DNA of 64,000 bases from an uncultured Methanomicrobiaceae archaeon (GTDB lineage Archaea; Halobacteriota; Methanomicrobia; Methanomicrobiales; Methanoculleaceae): the NCBI GenBank assembly GCA_963826525.1, contig CAWGXH010000003.1:64001-128000 (forward strand), read 5' to 3'. The notes beneath the pieces are model-generated. The model ran no database searches and was not told the origin of the DNA. It worked only from the letters and a program-made list of their open reading frames with translations. Below, one piece after another: positions 62,648 through 64,000 of the stretch. Position 1 is the first letter of the stretch, and each line of letters starts with the position of its first letter. Position numbers and translations under genes: made by a program.

Positions 62648-64000
62648 TCAGGCCGCCGATACCTGCTCGAGCGCCGCATCCCGCTTCCCGGCGAAGCGGT
62701 ACATGAGCGAGAGCACGGCCGGCATGACGAGGATCGCGCCCACGAGCGAGAAGCCGACGGTGATCACCGTCACGATCCCGAAGTTCGCGATGATGTTGAA
62801 GGACGAGAGCACCAGCGCCGAGAAGCCGAAGACCGTGGTCATGCCCGAGACCGTGATCGCGGTGCCGATCTTCTGGACGGCCATCTGGATCGCCGTGGAG
62901 ATGTCCACCCCCCGCGCAAGTTCCTCCTCGCACCGCTCCATGATCAGGATGGTGTACTCCGAGGCGACACCGATCGTCATCGAGCCGAGCACGGCGGTCA
63001 GGGGCGTGTAATCGATCCCGAGCAGGTACATGATCGCCCCGTTCCACCCCACGATCAGGACGATCGGGATAAGGGGTGAGACTGCGTTGATCTTCCGGTA
63101 GACGAGCAGCAGAAAGGCGAGGATGAAGACGAAGCCGAGCACCGTCATCCCGGTCTTGGAATCCTTGATATCGTCCATCAGCCCTGAAAACATCTCCATG
63201 GTGCCCGTGACCTGTCCGTGGACTCCCGCGGGAGGCTCGAGCCAGACGATGTCTTTCTCGATATCCTGCACGAGCGAGCGGGAAGCGTCCATCTCCATGG
63301 CCACCGTTGTAAACTGCAGCACTGCCTCCATATTCCCGTTCAGGTAGCGGTTCTTCGACTCCTCCGGGATCCGGTCGACGACGCTTGCGATCTCTTGCTC
63401 CGTCGTTGGGAGGGACCCGCCGTTGTACTCTGCAATGAGGGTGGCGATACTGGTCACGCCGGTGATCTTCTCGTCCTCGAGTTCGTATGCCCCGAAGGCA
63501 TGTATCCAGCCGAGCACCTCGGGGTCGAGGATGTCGTCCGCCGCGATGACGACGGGGATGGTCGAGGCGGCGCCCATCGTGCGGGTGATCTTCTTCATGT
63601 CGAGCAGCGCCGGCATCTCCGAGGGGACGAAGGTCTCCTCGTCGGCGTTGATGGGGACCCGGGTGTCGAGCTGGAGGCCGACCGCCGCCACCACGCAGAA
63701 GAGCAGGATCACCGGGACAGGATGCTTCGCGACCGCGAAAGCAACTCTGCCGAGCATCGCGTCGTAGCGCTCGATGAGGGACCCGCGGCTCCCCTCCGCA
63801 TGTGGCGGCTCCTGATCGCAGCCCTTCCAGTCGAGCTCGCAGGAGGCGACGTCATCGAGCATGCCGCTATGGGCTTTTGGCCGGTAGTGCATGATTAGTG
63901 CGAAGGTCGGCACGATGATGAGGGCCGCGAGGTAGCAGCAGACCACCCCGATGGTGCAGGTGACGCCGAAATCGGTCACCATCGGCACCGGCGCGAAGAG
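62648..64000 (-). CDS. RND/MMPL (HAE3) family transporter, C-terminal part
   Basis: FGVTCTIGV, GSMTIGVASEYTILIMER, SGMTTVFGFSAL, ANFG; runs off the window edge. Confidence 0.88.
   Translation of the reverse strand, partial: LFAPVPMVTDFGVTCTIGVVCCYLAALIIVPTFALIMHYRPKAHSGMLDDVASCELDWKGCDQEPPHAEGSRGSLIERYDAMLGRVAFAVAKHPVPVILLFCVVAAVGLQLDTRVPINADEETFVPSEMPALLDMKKITRTMGAASTIPVVIAADDILDPEVLGWIHAFGAYELEDEKITGVTSIATLIAEYNGGSLPTTEQEIASVVDRIPEESKNRYLNGNMEAVLQFTTVAMEMDASRSLVQDIEKDIVWLEPPAGVHGQVTGTMEMFSGLMDDIKDSKTGMTVLGFVFILAFLLLVYRKINAVSPLIPIVLIVGWNGAIMYLLGIDYTPLTAVLGSMTIGVASEYTILIMERCEEELARGVDISTAIQMAVQKIGTAITVSGMTTVFGFSALVLSSFNIIANFGIVTVITVGFSLVGAILVMPAVLSLMYRFAGKRDAALEQVSAA

Overview
High-GC archaeal DNA, most consistent with a Methanomicrobiales methanogen (Methanoculleus/Methanofollis-like): it carries methanogenesis markers 2 and 4, an HMf-type histone, archaeal SAM synthetase, gatDE, rpl10e and rfcL. 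Positions 1-38 kb are mostly housekeeping: nadA/nadC, a USP-ArsB/NhaD-USP unit, archaemetzincin, a fum-kor-suc-diadenylate cyclase operon, mat-hisGAB, an ABC importer and argH-gatD-gatE. Positions 38-62 kb form an accessory, decaying region around tRNA-Leu(TAA). It holds hydrolases, transporters, a two binding protein + histidine kinase module, an acyltransferase-3, a cellulose-synthase-like GT2 and IS5-family elements. A 189-bp MITE there splits a TMEM175-type K+ channel pseudogene. Around 20 single-base frameshifts hit even core genes (gatE, hisB, sucC, korD, msrB), so most frame breaks are probably sequencing or assembly indels. The best candidates for undescribed biology are the SBP-SBP-HK sensory module, the MITE/IS5 pair, about 10-bp-periodic DNA flanking the histone gene, H-box-like tails lacking an ATPase domain, and a small Lys-rich protein lying between two IS5 copies. 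All family calls come from motif recognition by eye; no searches were run.
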